A stretch of DNA of 38,213 nt from an uncultured Sphingorhabdus sp. (lineage in GTDB: Bacteria > Pseudomonadota > Alphaproteobacteria > Sphingomonadales > Sphingomonadaceae): the NCBI GenBank assembly GCA_964502655.1, contig CAZCXQ010000002.1, positions 1-38,213 on the forward strand, read 5' to 3'. Both the position numbers and the translations under genes were made by a program. Below, piece by piece: positions 1 through 9,186 of the stretch (within the stretch, counting starts at the first letter, position 1; the number at the start of each line of letters is the position of its first letter). The notes beneath the pieces are model-generated. The model saw only the letters and a program-made list of their open reading frames with translations. It was not told the origin of the DNA and made no database searches.

Positions 1-1
1 C

Positions 2-1630
2 CGCCCCGTAATCGATGCGCTGGTCGCATTGGCATTCGGCGCGTCGCTGATTTCGATCTTCGCACGTTTAGGCGGCGGTATCTTTACCAAGGCCGCTGAC
101 GTCGGCGCTGACCTTGTTGGCAAAGTTGAGGCTGGAATCCCCGAAGACGATCCACGCAACCCTGCGGTTATCGCCGATAACGTTGGCGACAATGTGGGCG
201 ATTGCGCTGGTATGGCGGCTGACTTGTTCGAAACCTATGTCGTCACCGTTGGTGCAACGATGGTGTTGATCGCGCTGCTCGTGAAGGGCGTAACCGACGC
301 TGGATTGTTCATGAACCTCATGAGCTTGCCGCTGTTGATTGGCGGCGTGTGCGTTATCACATCGATCATCGGAACCTATTTCGTCCGTCTTGGTGGCGGC
401 ACGAACATCATGGGCGCAATGTACAAGGGCTTCCTTGTAACAGCAGTGCTTTCGGTTCCTGCGATCTGGTTTGCGATCAGCCATGCGCTTGGCGGCATGG
501 AAAGTGATGTTGGCGGGTTCACTGGCCGGACATTGTTCTATTGCTCGTTCCTGGGCTTGGTTATCACTGGCCTGATCATCTGGATCACCGAATATTATAC
601 CGGCACCAATTACCGTCCGGTCCGTTCGATTGCGAAGGCATCCGAAACGGGTCACGGCACCAACGTTATTCAAGGTCTGGCAATCAGCCTTGAATCCACC
701 GCGATGCCAACGATTGTGATCTGCGCAGGTATCATCATCGCGTATCAGCTTGCTGGCGTTATCGGCATTGCCTTTGCCGCAACGGCCATGTTGGCATTGG
801 CCGGTATGGTTGTGGCGCTTGATGCGTACGGTCCAGTTACCGACAATGCCGGTGGTATTGCCGAAATGGCTGGCCTTGATGAATCGGTGCGTGAAAAGAC
901 TGATGCACTGGACGCAGTTGGCAACACCACAAAGGCTGTGACCAAGGGTTATGCCATTGGTTCGGCTGGTCTTGCAGCACTTGTGCTGTTCGCAAGCTAC
1001 ACCGCCGACCTTCGGGAATATTTCCCCGATCTTCAGGTGAATTTCAGCCTTGAAAACCCCTATGTCATCGTCGGGCTCTTGCTCGGCGCGCTTCTGCCGT
1101 ACCTGTTCGGTGCGATGGGCATGACGGCGGTTGGCCGTGCTGCGGGTGAAGTGGTGAAGGACGTACGTGACCAGTTCGCGAACGACCCCGGCATCATGAC
1201 CTTCAAGTCCAAGCCAAATTATGCCCGTACAGTTGACCTTGTTACCAAGGCCGCAATTAAGGAAATGATTATTCCTTCGTTGCTGCCCGTACTGACGCCA
1301 ATTGCGGTATATTTCATCATCACGGCCGTTGCAGGTCAGGCAGAGGGCTTCGCAGCTCTCGGCGCGCTCCTGCTTGGTGTGATTGTGGGCGGACTGTTCG
1401 TTGCTATCTCGATGACCTCGGGCGGCGGCGCATGGGACAATGCCAAGAAATATATCGAAGACGGCAACCATGGCGGCAAAGGTTCGGAGGCCCATAAGGC
1501 AGCCGTTACCGGCGACACCGTTGGTGACCCATATAAGGATACCGCTGGCCCAGCCGTAAACCCAATGATCAAGATCACGAACATCGTGGCCTTGCTTCTG
1601 TTGGCGGCATTGGCCCATGGTGCCATGTAA
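2..1630 (+). CDS. hppA: Membrane-bound H+-translocating pyrophosphatase, K+-independent type (5'-truncated by the window edge)
   Basis: The frame is open from base 2. It has the M-PPase motifs [62 protein letters not shown] and [10 protein letters not shown], plus many hydrophobic helices. Lys in GNTTKA is the K+-independence signature. Confidence 0.97.
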   Translation, partial: RPVIDALVALAFGASLISIFARLGGGIFTKAADVGADLVGKVEAGIPEDDPRNPAVIADNVGDNVGDCAGMAADLFETYVVTVGATMVLIALLVKGVTDAGLFMNLMSLPLLIGGVCVITSIIGTYFVRLGGGTNIMGAMYKGFLVTAVLSVPAIWFAISHALGGMESDVGGFTGRTLFYCSFLGLVITGLIIWITEYYTGTNYRPVRSIAKASETGHGTNVIQGLAISLESTAMPTIVICAGIIIAYQLAGVIGIAFAATAMLALAGMVVALDAYGPVTDNAGGIAEMAGLDESVREKTDALDAVGNTTKAVTKGYAIGSAGLAALVLFASYTADLREYFPDLQVNFSLENPYVIVGLLLGALLPYLFGAMGMTAVGRAAGEVVKDVRDQFANDPGIMTFKSKPNYARTVDLVTKAAIKEMIIPSLLPVLTPIAVYFIITAVAGQAEGFAALGALLLGVIVGGLFVAISMTSGGGAWDNAKKYIEDGNHGGKGSEAHKAAVTGDTVGDPYKDTAGPAVNPMIKITNIVALLLLAALAHGAM

Positions 1631-1652
1631 AACATAACCGCATTAACGGTTT

Positions 1653-1689
1653 AAAAAGCCCCGCCGGAAGCGATTTCGGCGGGGTTTTT
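1653..1689 (+). terminator. Rho-independent terminator after hppA
   Basis: AAAAAGCCCCGCCG-gaagcgattt-CGGCGGGGTTTTT is a GC stem with flanking A and T tracts, starting 22 nt after the stop codon. Confidence 0.88.
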
Positions 1690-1807
1690 CGTGGTTGTCG
1701 GCACCATTCATCGAAAAACTTCGACACGGTATTTTGTCCGGCTTGCGTCTCTTTTTATCCAACCTATAACCATAATGGTAGCAATCAATTTTTGGGGAGC
1801 AGAGACT

Positions 1808-3907
1808 GTGAAAAAAATGATTTTGACGACGTTACTCGCGAGTGCCGCCCTTCCGTTTAGCGTTGCCGCTGCGGAAACCGGACATGGCTCTGCTCCAGCC
1901 ACTGCGGCTGCTATGCAGGCGACCGATGCCCGGACAATTGTCGTTAATGCCCCTCGCGGGCGGGTTGATACAGCTGTATTCGGCAAACGCCCGTTTATGC
2001 GCTCTCCGCGCTTGTCGCCGGACGGCACCAAAATCGCCGTGATGATGACCAAGGATGGTGTGGATAGCCTGGGTTATATTGATGTTACCAAGCCGGGATC
2101 TGCACCGGTTTTCTTTGCACAAGCAGAAGAATATCGTGAGGCGGGGGATCGCACCATTGGTTCCTGGCGCTTTGTAGGCAACCGCACGATTGTTTTTACC
2201 GTCGCGTCACGTGAAATCCTTCAAGGTCGCCGCTCTGACGTTTCGCGCTTAGTATCCTATGACATCGAGACCAAAAAAATCAGCCCGCTGGCGTGGGACG
2301 GTGCCGGCGGAAGCGGCGCGAATATCCTGTTCATCGATGATGAAAAGGAGACATTATTGGTCTCGCGCGATGTCCTGAAAGACATGAGCTATAGCGGAAA
2401 TCCCGAAGTCATCGAAGTCGATGTCCGCTCTGGCAAGTTCAAGACCGTCATGCGGCCGAATGTTGAAGTCAGCCGCTGGTTAGTGGATGGCAAGGGTGTC
2501 ATCCGCGCTGGTGTGGGCAGTGATGACGATAGCGGCAAGCAACGCCTGATGTATCGTTCGGATGCCAGTGGCACAATGAAGACCGTTTCAAATGAAGCCG
2601 ACACAACGTTCACAGGCACGCAGATCACGCCCGATATCTTCTTAGATGAGCCGGACATGGCCATAGCGACGAGCAACAAGGATGGGTATCGCAAGGTTTA
2701 CAAAGTCAACTTGAAGACCATGCAGATTGTCGGCGAACCCATATTTGGCGTCAAAGGCTATGATGTTGGCGGACCAATTGCCAACAAGGACCGCAACCAG
2801 CTTGCCGGCGTATCGTACACGAGCACGAGGGAACGTACACGTTGGTTCGATCCACGTTTGGCGGAAGTCCAAAAGCTGATGGACCAAGATTTCGGGCGGG
2901 GGAATGCGCAAATTATTGCGAGCAATGACGGCGATACCAAAATCCTTATGCTGATCGCCGACGTTGATGCGCCGGGTGGCTATTATCTGTTTGATACAGA
3001 GACCGGTAACCTGAACCTGCTGGGCTGGGCGCACCCTGTGCTCAAGGATTTCCAGATGAACCCAACCGATTCCATTCGGTACAAGGCGTCCGACGGCATG
3101 GAAATCGAGGCAGTGGTGACCTATCCACGTCACCGGCCGCACCGCAAGAATTTGCCGGTCATTGTCATGCCACATGGCGGTCCTTTCGGTGTTCGTGACC
3201 AAGAGGAATTTGGCTTTTTCCCATGGCATCAGGCGATGGCAGAGCTTGGCTATGTCGTCATTCAGCCAAATTATCGTGGGTCGGGTGGCTATGGTAAGGA
3301 ATTCGTCAAGGAGGGTCGCAAGCCCAATGGTTATGGCTTGCGCATGCAGGACGACTTGAACGACGTTCTGACATGGTTTGGCCAATCCGGACTGATTGAC
3401 CCGAAACGTGCCTGCATCATGGGTTGGTCCTATGGCGGATATGCGACAGCGCGTGGTGCGCAGCGCGATCCGGATAAATGGAAATGCGCTATTGCAGGCG
3501 CAGGCGTCTATGACTTCCCGATGATGAAAGCCTATGATACGCGTTCATTTGGTGATTTCGGTGCAAACTTCCAAGCGACGGCAGATGACCTCATCGGCAT
3601 TTCGTCGGCACGCAACACCAACGGTCCATGGTCGCCTATCTTGATCGTCGCCGGATTGCGCGATGCGCGTATCCCCATCGAACAATCACGCACACTCGTG
3701 TCGCGGTTAAAGGGTTCCGGCAAGAAAGAGGGCGTCGATTTCCGCTATGTCGAACAGCCAAAGGGCACACATAATTTGCCATATGAAGATGTGCATATTG
3801 AATGGCTGAAAGAGGCAGAGGCCTGGGCTGAACGTTTCAACCCGGCCTATATCGCATCTGACCCGGACAAGGCACCGCCGGTAACGGTCACCCTTGCATC
3901 CAAATAA
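1808..3907 (+). CDS. Secreted S9 (prolyl oligopeptidase/acylaminoacyl peptidase) family serine peptidase
   Basis: GTG at 1808 follows a GGGGAG SD and begins a signal peptide (MKKMILTTLLASAALPFSVAAA), so it is preferred over 1691. There is an N-terminal propeller-like region, PHGGP, QPNYRGSGGYG, nucleophile motif GWSYGG, Asp in RDARI and His in GTHNL. Confidence 0.9.
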   Translation: MKKMILTTLLASAALPFSVAAAETGHGSAPATAAAMQATDARTIVVNAPRGRVDTAVFGKRPFMRSPRLSPDGTKIAVMMTKDGVDSLGYIDVTKPGSAPVFFAQAEEYREAGDRTIGSWRFVGNRTIVFTVASREILQGRRSDVSRLVSYDIETKKISPLAWDGAGGSGANILFIDDEKETLLVSRDVLKDMSYSGNPEVIEVDVRSGKFKTVMRPNVEVSRWLVDGKGVIRAGVGSDDDSGKQRLMYRSDASGTMKTVSNEADTTFTGTQITPDIFLDEPDMAIATSNKDGYRKVYKVNLKTMQIVGEPIFGVKGYDVGGPIANKDRNQLAGVSYTSTRERTRWFDPRLAEVQKLMDQDFGRGNAQIIASNDGDTKILMLIADVDAPGGYYLFDTETGNLNLLGWAHPVLKDFQMNPTDSIRYKASDGMEIEAVVTYPRHRPHRKNLPVIVMPHGGPFGVRDQEEFGFFPWHQAMAELGYVVIQPNYRGSGGYGKEFVKEGRKPNGYGLRMQDDLNDVLTWFGQSGLIDPKRACIMGWSYGGYATARGAQRDPDKWKCAIAGAGVYDFPMMKAYDTRSFGDFGANFQATADDLIGISSARNTNGPWSPILIVAGLRDARIPIEQSRTLVSRLKGSGKKEGVDFRYVEQPKGTHNLPYEDVHIEWLKEAEAWAERFNPAYIASDPDKAPPVTVTLASK

Positions 3908-3921
3908 GCTCAAAAAGCTAT

Positions 3922-3960
3922 AACGAATGGGCCGTTCCGCAGGGAGCGGCCTTTTTCGTT
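3922..3960. terminator. Intrinsic terminator between the convergent S9 peptidase and TBDR genes
   Basis: GGCCGTTCC-gcag-GGAGCGGCC is followed by TTTTT; flanking AACGAA/TTCGTT extend the stem. Confidence 0.8.
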
Positions 3961-4028
3961 GGGCGTTGGCATTTTATTTGCCGCTATGGCGCGTCCTGCG
4001 CAAATTGCGTGTGGGCTGAACGCGCCGG

Positions 4029-6761
4029 TTAAAACCGCTTTCTAAAGCTCAGTTCAAACACACGGCCACGCGGGTCGATATATCCCGGCTGATATCCCAG
4101 CGGCACATTGCCATTTTGGTCACGCACATCGACAATGTCATTGAGGATGTTTTCGACACGGAATGTCACGCGGCTGCCCTTTAGGAACGGCATTGCCTTC
4201 ACAACGCGCGCCTGTTGGTCGAGGTTGATGAACAGGAAGGCGTTGACCGCTGCAAGATCGCTGAAGCGCAGATCATTGCTGCCGGGCAATCCAGTGCCAT
4301 TGGCGGTCGTGCCGCTCTTGTACGTGCCCTGCAGGCGCAAACCAAAGCCCTTGTGGAACATGCCGCCCGACAGCTCAACCTCATGCCGTGATGCGCCGCC
4401 ATTGCTGCTGGTGGCAGATCCATTGAGCAAATCGAGCACCGGCACGCCGGGACGGATCAGGATTTCGTCCTGAATGCGGTATGTGTGGTACAGTGCGATG
4501 TTCCAACGGCTTGGCTGGCCGCCGCCAAAACCACCGCCGCCGCCACCGCCGCGACCGCCGCCGCCAAAGCCGCCACCGGCACGTGGTCCACGCGGCGCGC
4601 CAGCGGGTGCGGCCACGCCGGGTGCGCCACCGGGGGCACGAGGGATGCCCGCGCCAGGAGGGCCGCCAAAGGGCCCGCGCATTGGCGGGGCTGCGCCGAT
4701 ATTTCCGGACATGTTAAAGCCCCAACGGATGCGTTGCGACGTTTCGCGGTCATAATTCACCGGCCGCTGGTCCACGCTCAACAGGCGGCCATTTACGTCC
4801 CGCACCACGCGGCTTGCGAACGCAGCCTCAATTTCGGGGGTGAGCAATGGAAAGGATGCGGTTGTATTGCGGCTGTTGTTTCGGAAATAGCTCGCTTGAA
4901 GTGCGAAATCCTTGATGAAGGTCGGGGTCCAGTTGGCGTTTAGGATCAGATCGCGGCGCTTTTCGCCAATCAACGCGGGATTGCCGCCTGTTGTGACATT
5001 GATGAACAGGCTTTCCCCGCGGCTAAAATCATAGGTCGCGACATTTGGCGTGACTAACGTTGGGTTGCCCAACTGGCCAATGCCCGGCGCATTTTCATCG
5101 CCCGTAATCGATGCCTGAAATGTCAGGTTGCGGGCAGGGGCCCAACGCAGGCCCGCGCCATATTCAACAAGTTGGCCAAAGTCCGACAGGTCGCTGAACC
5201 CAATATTGCCGTTGATTGACCATTCGCCGATGGTTGAACCAACGCCGAAATCACTGCCCGTGATGGGCACTTCGGCGTTGACCGAATGGTTTGTGATATT
5301 GCGGCGCAGGGCAACATTGGTGGTGACGCCCGACCGCCATGTTTCGCTGTCGAGCATCTGGCGTGTGAAGCCGGAGGCTAATGTTGTCTGCACCTCGCCA
5401 GCGGGCAGGGTGAGCACGGAACCCGCCAATGTACTGCGGACATCCAGATTTTGGTTCAGGCTGCTCGCCAGATCGGGTGCCAGAAACAACAGATCCGACC
5501 CAAAGCCAGCGGCAAACGGGTTCACCGTTCCCGCAAGGACGCCCGCGCGCAAAGCCGTATAGTCTGCGTTGCGCGTGGTGCGGGTTTCATTGTCGGTGCG
5601 CGCGTAATTCCCCGTTACCGTCCAGCGCCAACCGCCGAGCGCATGATTGAACGTGCCACCGGTTTGGAAAACATGCGTTTCGCTCTCGCGCTCAAGCGGG
5701 CGCGGCGTGTCGAAATAGCGGCTGAGCGTCACATCTTGACCGAACGGGGAAAAGGGGCTGCTGCCCGGCAACACGAAGCTGGTTCCGGGCAAGCCAAGCA
5801 AGGATGCGCTGCCATTCAGTGCATAATTGGCATTGAGCGACAGCCCCGTCTGTGGGCCAAGCGATCGGCTCCATGTGCCATTGATTTCAAGCCGTTCGGT
5901 CCGTGGTAACAGCGTGCGGACATCGCCGATGTCGCTATCGTTCAGCCGGTTTGCAGTGCCTGCAAATTGCGCCAAGGTTGGGTTGGCAATGCCAATCGGC
6001 ACGCCGGCCTGCGTGACCGTGGAACCGGCAGCAGCGTTGAGCGATGGCGATATCACGCCATTCAGGCCAAGGCCGCTGATATTCCCGCCACGGGCCAACA
6101 ATGAACCATTGGAGGCAATCAGGTCGCGTTCGCTTTCGGTCAACGCGGTCGCGCGTTCCAGTTCCACATCAAGGTTGAAGCGCGTGCTGGCGCCAATGCG
6201 CGTCAGCGTTGCTTCCAATTCATTGCTACCAAAACCGCCAGCTTCGGGTTGTGCATGTTCAAACTCGGTCGCGAAGGATGCGAAATTGTCTTTCAGAATG
6301 AAGTTGATGACGCGTTGATCAGGGCGGTAGCCATATTTCAATGCAACTTCTTCGGGGAAAATCTGGACCTGCCGAATGGCCTCGGGCGGCAGATCGCGCA
6401 ATTCGCGAAAGCCCGAAACGCGCTGACCATTGAGCAAGATGATGGGCATGCCGCCGCCACGGCCACGGCCCGAATTGGCTTGCGGTGCAACCGCCGCGAC
6501 CAGATCGGTCAACGATGATGCGCCTAATGACGCAATATCGGCTTCGTCTAACTGTTCAACGGGTGGCACGTCGGTATCGACTGACCCGCGAATGCGTTCT
6601 GCGGTAACGACGATTTCACGCGATGCACCTTCTTCAACGGGCATGTCTTCGTCGTCTTCCGCGATTGCCACGGTGCTGCCGGTGGTCTGCACATCAACGG
6701 CCGCCATGGCGGGCGCAGCAGCCGTAGCAAGCAGGATGATGCTAAACGGAAAAATTTTCAT
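4029..6761 (-). CDS. TonB-dependent receptor-like outer-membrane protein with Gly/Pro/Arg low-complexity insert
   Basis: It has a signal peptide (MKIFPFSIILLATAAAPAMAA), TonB box-like EIVVTA, plug-like ILLNGQR...IRQVQIFP...VINFIL, and a C-terminal beta-strand ending in Phe (ELSFRKRF). Substrate is unknown. Confidence 0.82.
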   Translation of the reverse strand: MKIFPFSIILLATAAAPAMAAVDVQTTGSTVAIAEDDEDMPVEEGASREIVVTAERIRGSVDTDVPPVEQLDEADIASLGASSLTDLVAAVAPQANSGRGRGGGMPIILLNGQRVSGFRELRDLPPEAIRQVQIFPEEVALKYGYRPDQRVINFILKDNFASFATEFEHAQPEAGGFGSNELEATLTRIGASTRFNLDVELERATALTESERDLIASNGSLLARGGNISGLGLNGVISPSLNAAAGSTVTQAGVPIGIANPTLAQFAGTANRLNDSDIGDVRTLLPRTERLEINGTWSRSLGPQTGLSLNANYALNGSASLLGLPGTSFVLPGSSPFSPFGQDVTLSRYFDTPRPLERESETHVFQTGGTFNHALGGWRWTVTGNYARTDNETRTTRNADYTALRAGVLAGTVNPFAAGFGSDLLFLAPDLASSLNQNLDVRSTLAGSVLTLPAGEVQTTLASGFTRQMLDSETWRSGVTTNVALRRNITNHSVNAEVPITGSDFGVGSTIGEWSINGNIGFSDLSDFGQLVEYGAGLRWAPARNLTFQASITGDENAPGIGQLGNPTLVTPNVATYDFSRGESLFINVTTGGNPALIGEKRRDLILNANWTPTFIKDFALQASYFRNNSRNTTASFPLLTPEIEAAFASRVVRDVNGRLLSVDQRPVNYDRETSQRIRWGFNMSGNIGAAPPMRGPFGGPPGAGIPRAPGGAPGVAAPAGAPRGPRAGGGFGGGGRGGGGGGGFGGGQPSRWNIALYHTYRIQDEILIRPGVPVLDLLNGSATSSNGGASRHEVELSGGMFHKGFGLRLQGTYKSGTTANGTGLPGSNDLRFSDLAAVNAFLFINLDQQARVVKAMPFLKGSRVTFRVENILNDIVDVRDQNGNVPLGYQPGYIDPRGRVFELSFRKRF
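4510..4700 (-). repeat. Low-complexity Gly/Pro-rich coding tract (GGN codon runs) within the TBDR
   Basis: The tract encodes GAAPPMRGPFGGPPGAGIPRAPGGAPGVAAPAGAPRGPRAGGGFGGGGRGGGGGGGFGGGQP. (CCG/CCA)n runs are visible on the + strand near 4520-4580. Confidence 0.8.
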
Positions 6762-6943
6762 TGGGGGAGAAGCTCAGTTTATATTGTTAACGCACGGGTT
6801 TCATAACGCATTATAACGCCGCGCACAGATGAACTTTGTAGCATTTTGTCGCAATTGCGTGAATATACTGTAGCGCTTCCCTTTTTCCAACATGTGGTTT
6901 AAAGGCGCAGCAAGTTTGGATTTTTGACGATTTAAGGGGCCGA

Positions 6944-7162
6944 ATGGCAAAAGAAGAATTACTCGAAATGCGCGGTACAGTACGTGAACTGCTGCCTAAC
7001 GCGATGTTCCGTGTCGAGCTGGAGAATGGCCATGAAGTTTTGGGCCATACCGCCGGAAAAATGCGCAAAAACCGCATCCGCGTTCTCGTGGGTGATGAGG
7101 TTTTGTGCGAACTGACCCCTTATGATCTGACCAAAGGCCGGATCACCTACCGCTTTAAATAA
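6944..7162 (+). CDS. infA: Translation initiation factor IF-1
   Basis: 72 aa, [53 protein letters not shown]...[16 protein letters not shown], which is canonical IF-1. An AAGGGG SD precedes it. Confidence 0.99.
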   Translation: MAKEELLEMRGTVRELLPNAMFRVELENGHEVLGHTAGKMRKNRIRVLVGDEVLCELTPYDLTKGRITYRFK

Positions 7163-7174
7163 GGGCGGCAGACC

Positions 7175-7756
7175 TTGGGTCTGAATCCCACACTCATATT
7201 GGCATCATCAAGCCCGCGCAGGCGCGAATTGCTTGCGCGGCTTGGCGTCGTGCCCGATCGGATAGCCTCGCCGGACATTGACGAGATGCCGCGCAAGGGC
7301 GAAGTGCCGCGCGTCTACGCGCTGCGCATGGCCGAGGAGAAGGCTATCGCCGTTCCGCGCGCGCCGGGTGAAATTGTCATCGCAGGCGATACCACGGTCG
7401 CGGTCGGCCGCCGTATCCTGCCGCAAGCGGCCGATGGCGATATGCAACGCGGGTTTCTGGAACTGCTCAATGGCCGTCGCCATCATGTTTTGAGCGCGGT
7501 CGCCGTGATTGACGCGGACGGACGGATGCGCAGTCGCATTTGCGACAGCATCGTGCGTTTCAAGCGTTTGTCGTCCGAGGAAATCGAAAGCTACATCGCG
7601 TGCGGCGAAGGCCTTGGTAAAGCCGGTGGCTATGCCATTCAGGGTAGGGCAGAGGCGTTGATTGACTGGATGGCGGGAAGCCATTCGGGCGTCGTTGGCT
7701 TGCCGCTGTATGAAACGCGCACCTTGCTACGTGCATCGGGCTATACGCTTGCCTGA
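7175..7756 (+). CDS. maf: Maf family nucleoside triphosphate pyrophosphatase (YhdE-like)
   Basis: Motifs LILASSSPRRRELL, DIDE, AEEKA, AGDTTV, GKAGGYAIQG and VVGLPL. TTG start; follows infA as in other alphaproteobacteria. Confidence 0.95.
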   Translation: MGLNPTLILASSSPRRRELLARLGVVPDRIASPDIDEMPRKGEVPRVYALRMAEEKAIAVPRAPGEIVIAGDTTVAVGRRILPQAADGDMQRGFLELLNGRRHHVLSAVAVIDADGRMRSRICDSIVRFKRLSSEEIESYIACGEGLGKAGGYAIQGRAEALIDWMAGSHSGVVGLPLYETRTLLRASGYTLA

Positions 7757-8738
7757 ACTTTGGCGCGACGATGCACCGGGCGAACGCCGCGCCGCCTACG
7801 TCGAAGACGGTCAAATCGTCGAAATTCATATTCAGCGCGATGCGCATTGGGTGCTTGGCGAATGCGGTATGGGCCGTGTCGACCGGCGTACACCGGCGGG
7901 CGCTTATATCATTACCGAAGATGGCAGCGAAGTTTTGCTGCGCAGTAAGATGGGCGCGGCAGAGGGCACATATGTGGCGTTTGAAGTGACGCGGGAAGCC
8001 ATCGCTGAGCCTGGCCGGATCAAGCTGCCCGAGGTTGCCTTGCGCGATGGCGTGCCTGAAGACCCTTTGTCGAAAGATGGTCTGTGGGAACAGCGTCTGG
8101 CGGCTTTTGGCAGCGCGACTGCTACGCAGGCGTTCGATGACGGCTTTGACACCGCTATTGCGGGCTATGCGCAGGTCGGGGATGTCATCATCAGCTTTCA
8201 ACGTACCAAGGCCGGACTGGTATTCGATGTCGACGGTATTGGGGATGCCTTTGCGATTAACCGCATCGCTGCCGTGGAAATCGCACGGCTGCTGCGCCTG
8301 TATCAGGTGGGTGCGATGGTCATGATCGATTTTGTGTCGATGGAGGCCAAAACCCAGCGCGCGGAGATTGCGAACATTTTTGACGCGGCATCCGCAAAAG
8401 ACAGCCGTCCCTTCGAACGCACCGCGATCAATGGCTATGGCCTTATGCAAGTGGTGCGCGCCCGGCCGCGGCCGTCAGTGCTCGATCATCTGTTTGGCAC
8501 CCGCATTGCCGCCTTGTCCGACGAAACGCAGGCTTATTGGTTATTGCGCAGCGCAGCGCGGTCGTCCGGGTTTGGAGTTAGAACGATAACGGCTCGCCCT
8601 GCGGTGGCGCATTTGCTGTTGTCGGAACGCTGGCAGCCGCTGCGCGCCGAATGCGCGCGTCTGGCGGGGGCAGGGGTTGCGGTTGTTGCAGATGAAAATG
8701 CCACAGGCTATGGGCATGTGCATGTCGCGCAAAGCTAA
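7749..8738 (+). CDS. Short ribonuclease E/G family protein
   Basis: TTG at 7749 overlaps the maf stop and is preferred over 7662. It has GERRAAYVEDGQIVEIHI, FDVDG, AINRIAAVEIARLLRLYQVGAMVMIDFVSM and GYGLMQVVRAR, which resemble the RNase E/G catalytic region. It lies between maf and yacG. Confidence 0.8.
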   Translation: MPELWRDDAPGERRAAYVEDGQIVEIHIQRDAHWVLGECGMGRVDRRTPAGAYIITEDGSEVLLRSKMGAAEGTYVAFEVTREAIAEPGRIKLPEVALRDGVPEDPLSKDGLWEQRLAAFGSATATQAFDDGFDTAIAGYAQVGDVIISFQRTKAGLVFDVDGIGDAFAINRIAAVEIARLLRLYQVGAMVMIDFVSMEAKTQRAEIANIFDAASAKDSRPFERTAINGYGLMQVVRARPRPSVLDHLFGTRIAALSDETQAYWLLRSAARSSGFGVRTITARPAVAHLLLSERWQPLRAECARLAGAGVAVVADENATGYGHVHVAQS

Positions 8739-8901
8739 TCAATGCCCTTTATGTGGGAAGCCACAACAGCCTGAAACCAAACCTTTTTGCAGTCAGGGAT
8801 GCAAGGATCGCGATCTGCTCAAATGGCTGGATGAGGGCTATCGCGTGCCTGGTCCACCGGCGGATTATGCAGATAGTTTTGGCGGAGACGACATCGATTG
8901 A
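8722..8901 (+). CDS. yacG: DNA gyrase inhibitor YacG
   Basis: CPLCGK...PFCSQGCKDRDLLKWLDEGYRVPG with an acidic tail is the YacG Zn-finger pattern. ATG at 8722 overlaps the upstream gene. Confidence 0.93.
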   Translation: MSRKANQCPLCGKPQQPETKPFCSQGCKDRDLLKWLDEGYRVPGPPADYADSFGGDDID

Positions 8902-8909
8902 TTTTGCGC

Positions 8910-8939
8910 TTGCCAAGGGGCGTATCGTCTCTCTATAGG
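8910..8939 (+). promoter_or_regulatory. Probable sigma70 promoter of tRNA-Phe
   Basis: TTGCCA (8910-8915), an 18-nt spacer, then TATAGG (8934-8939) and a GC-rich discriminator, about 30 nt upstream of the tRNA. Confidence 0.55.
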
Positions 8940-8968
8940 CTGCGCTCCCACGCGGTTTTTACCGTGTA

Positions 8969-9043
8969 GCCCGAGTAGCTCAGGGGTAGAGCAGCGGATT
9001 GAAAATCCGCGTGTCGGTGGTTCAAATCCGCCCTCGGGCACCA
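8969..9043 (+). tRNA. tRNA-Phe (GAA)
   Basis: Full cloverleaf: acceptor GCCCGAG/CTCGGGC, D-arm GCTC/GAGC, anticodon arm GCGGA-TTGAAAA-TCCGC, T-arm GGTGG-TTCAAAT-CCGCC, and encoded CCA. Confidence 0.98.
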
Positions 9044-9129
9044 TTTTTCCGGTGTTTATATGTATCCAGCGCGCGGCCTGTTTGGCCGGTCGTCCGCTTT
9101 TGTGCGCCGTTCTTCGGCAATGGACAAAG

Positions 9130-9160
9130 AAAAAGCCGGAGCAGCACTGCTGCCCCGGCT
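9130..9160 (-). terminator. Rho-independent terminator of the minus-strand TBDR
   Basis: On +, AAAAAGCCGGAGCAGCACTGCTGCCCCGGCT gives a GC hairpin followed by a U-tract on the minus strand, about 26 nt past the stop at 9187. Confidence 0.75.
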
Positions 9161-9186
9161 CAATCTGCCCTGAGTTTCTCAGGATA

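Noticed and set aside
68-1618. 516-aa minus-strand ORF
   Set aside because: It is the antisense shadow of hppA and has no recognisable motifs.
2642-3385. 247-aa antisense ORF, and similar long shadows at 7560-8450, 28199-29038 and 31166-31864
   Set aside because: Each lies opposite a well-supported gene. Long antisense frames are expected in GC-rich coding DNA.
4474-4755. Poly-proline ORF (PPPKPPPPPPPRPPPPK)
   Set aside because: It is the reverse-strand reading of the TBDR Gly-rich tract.
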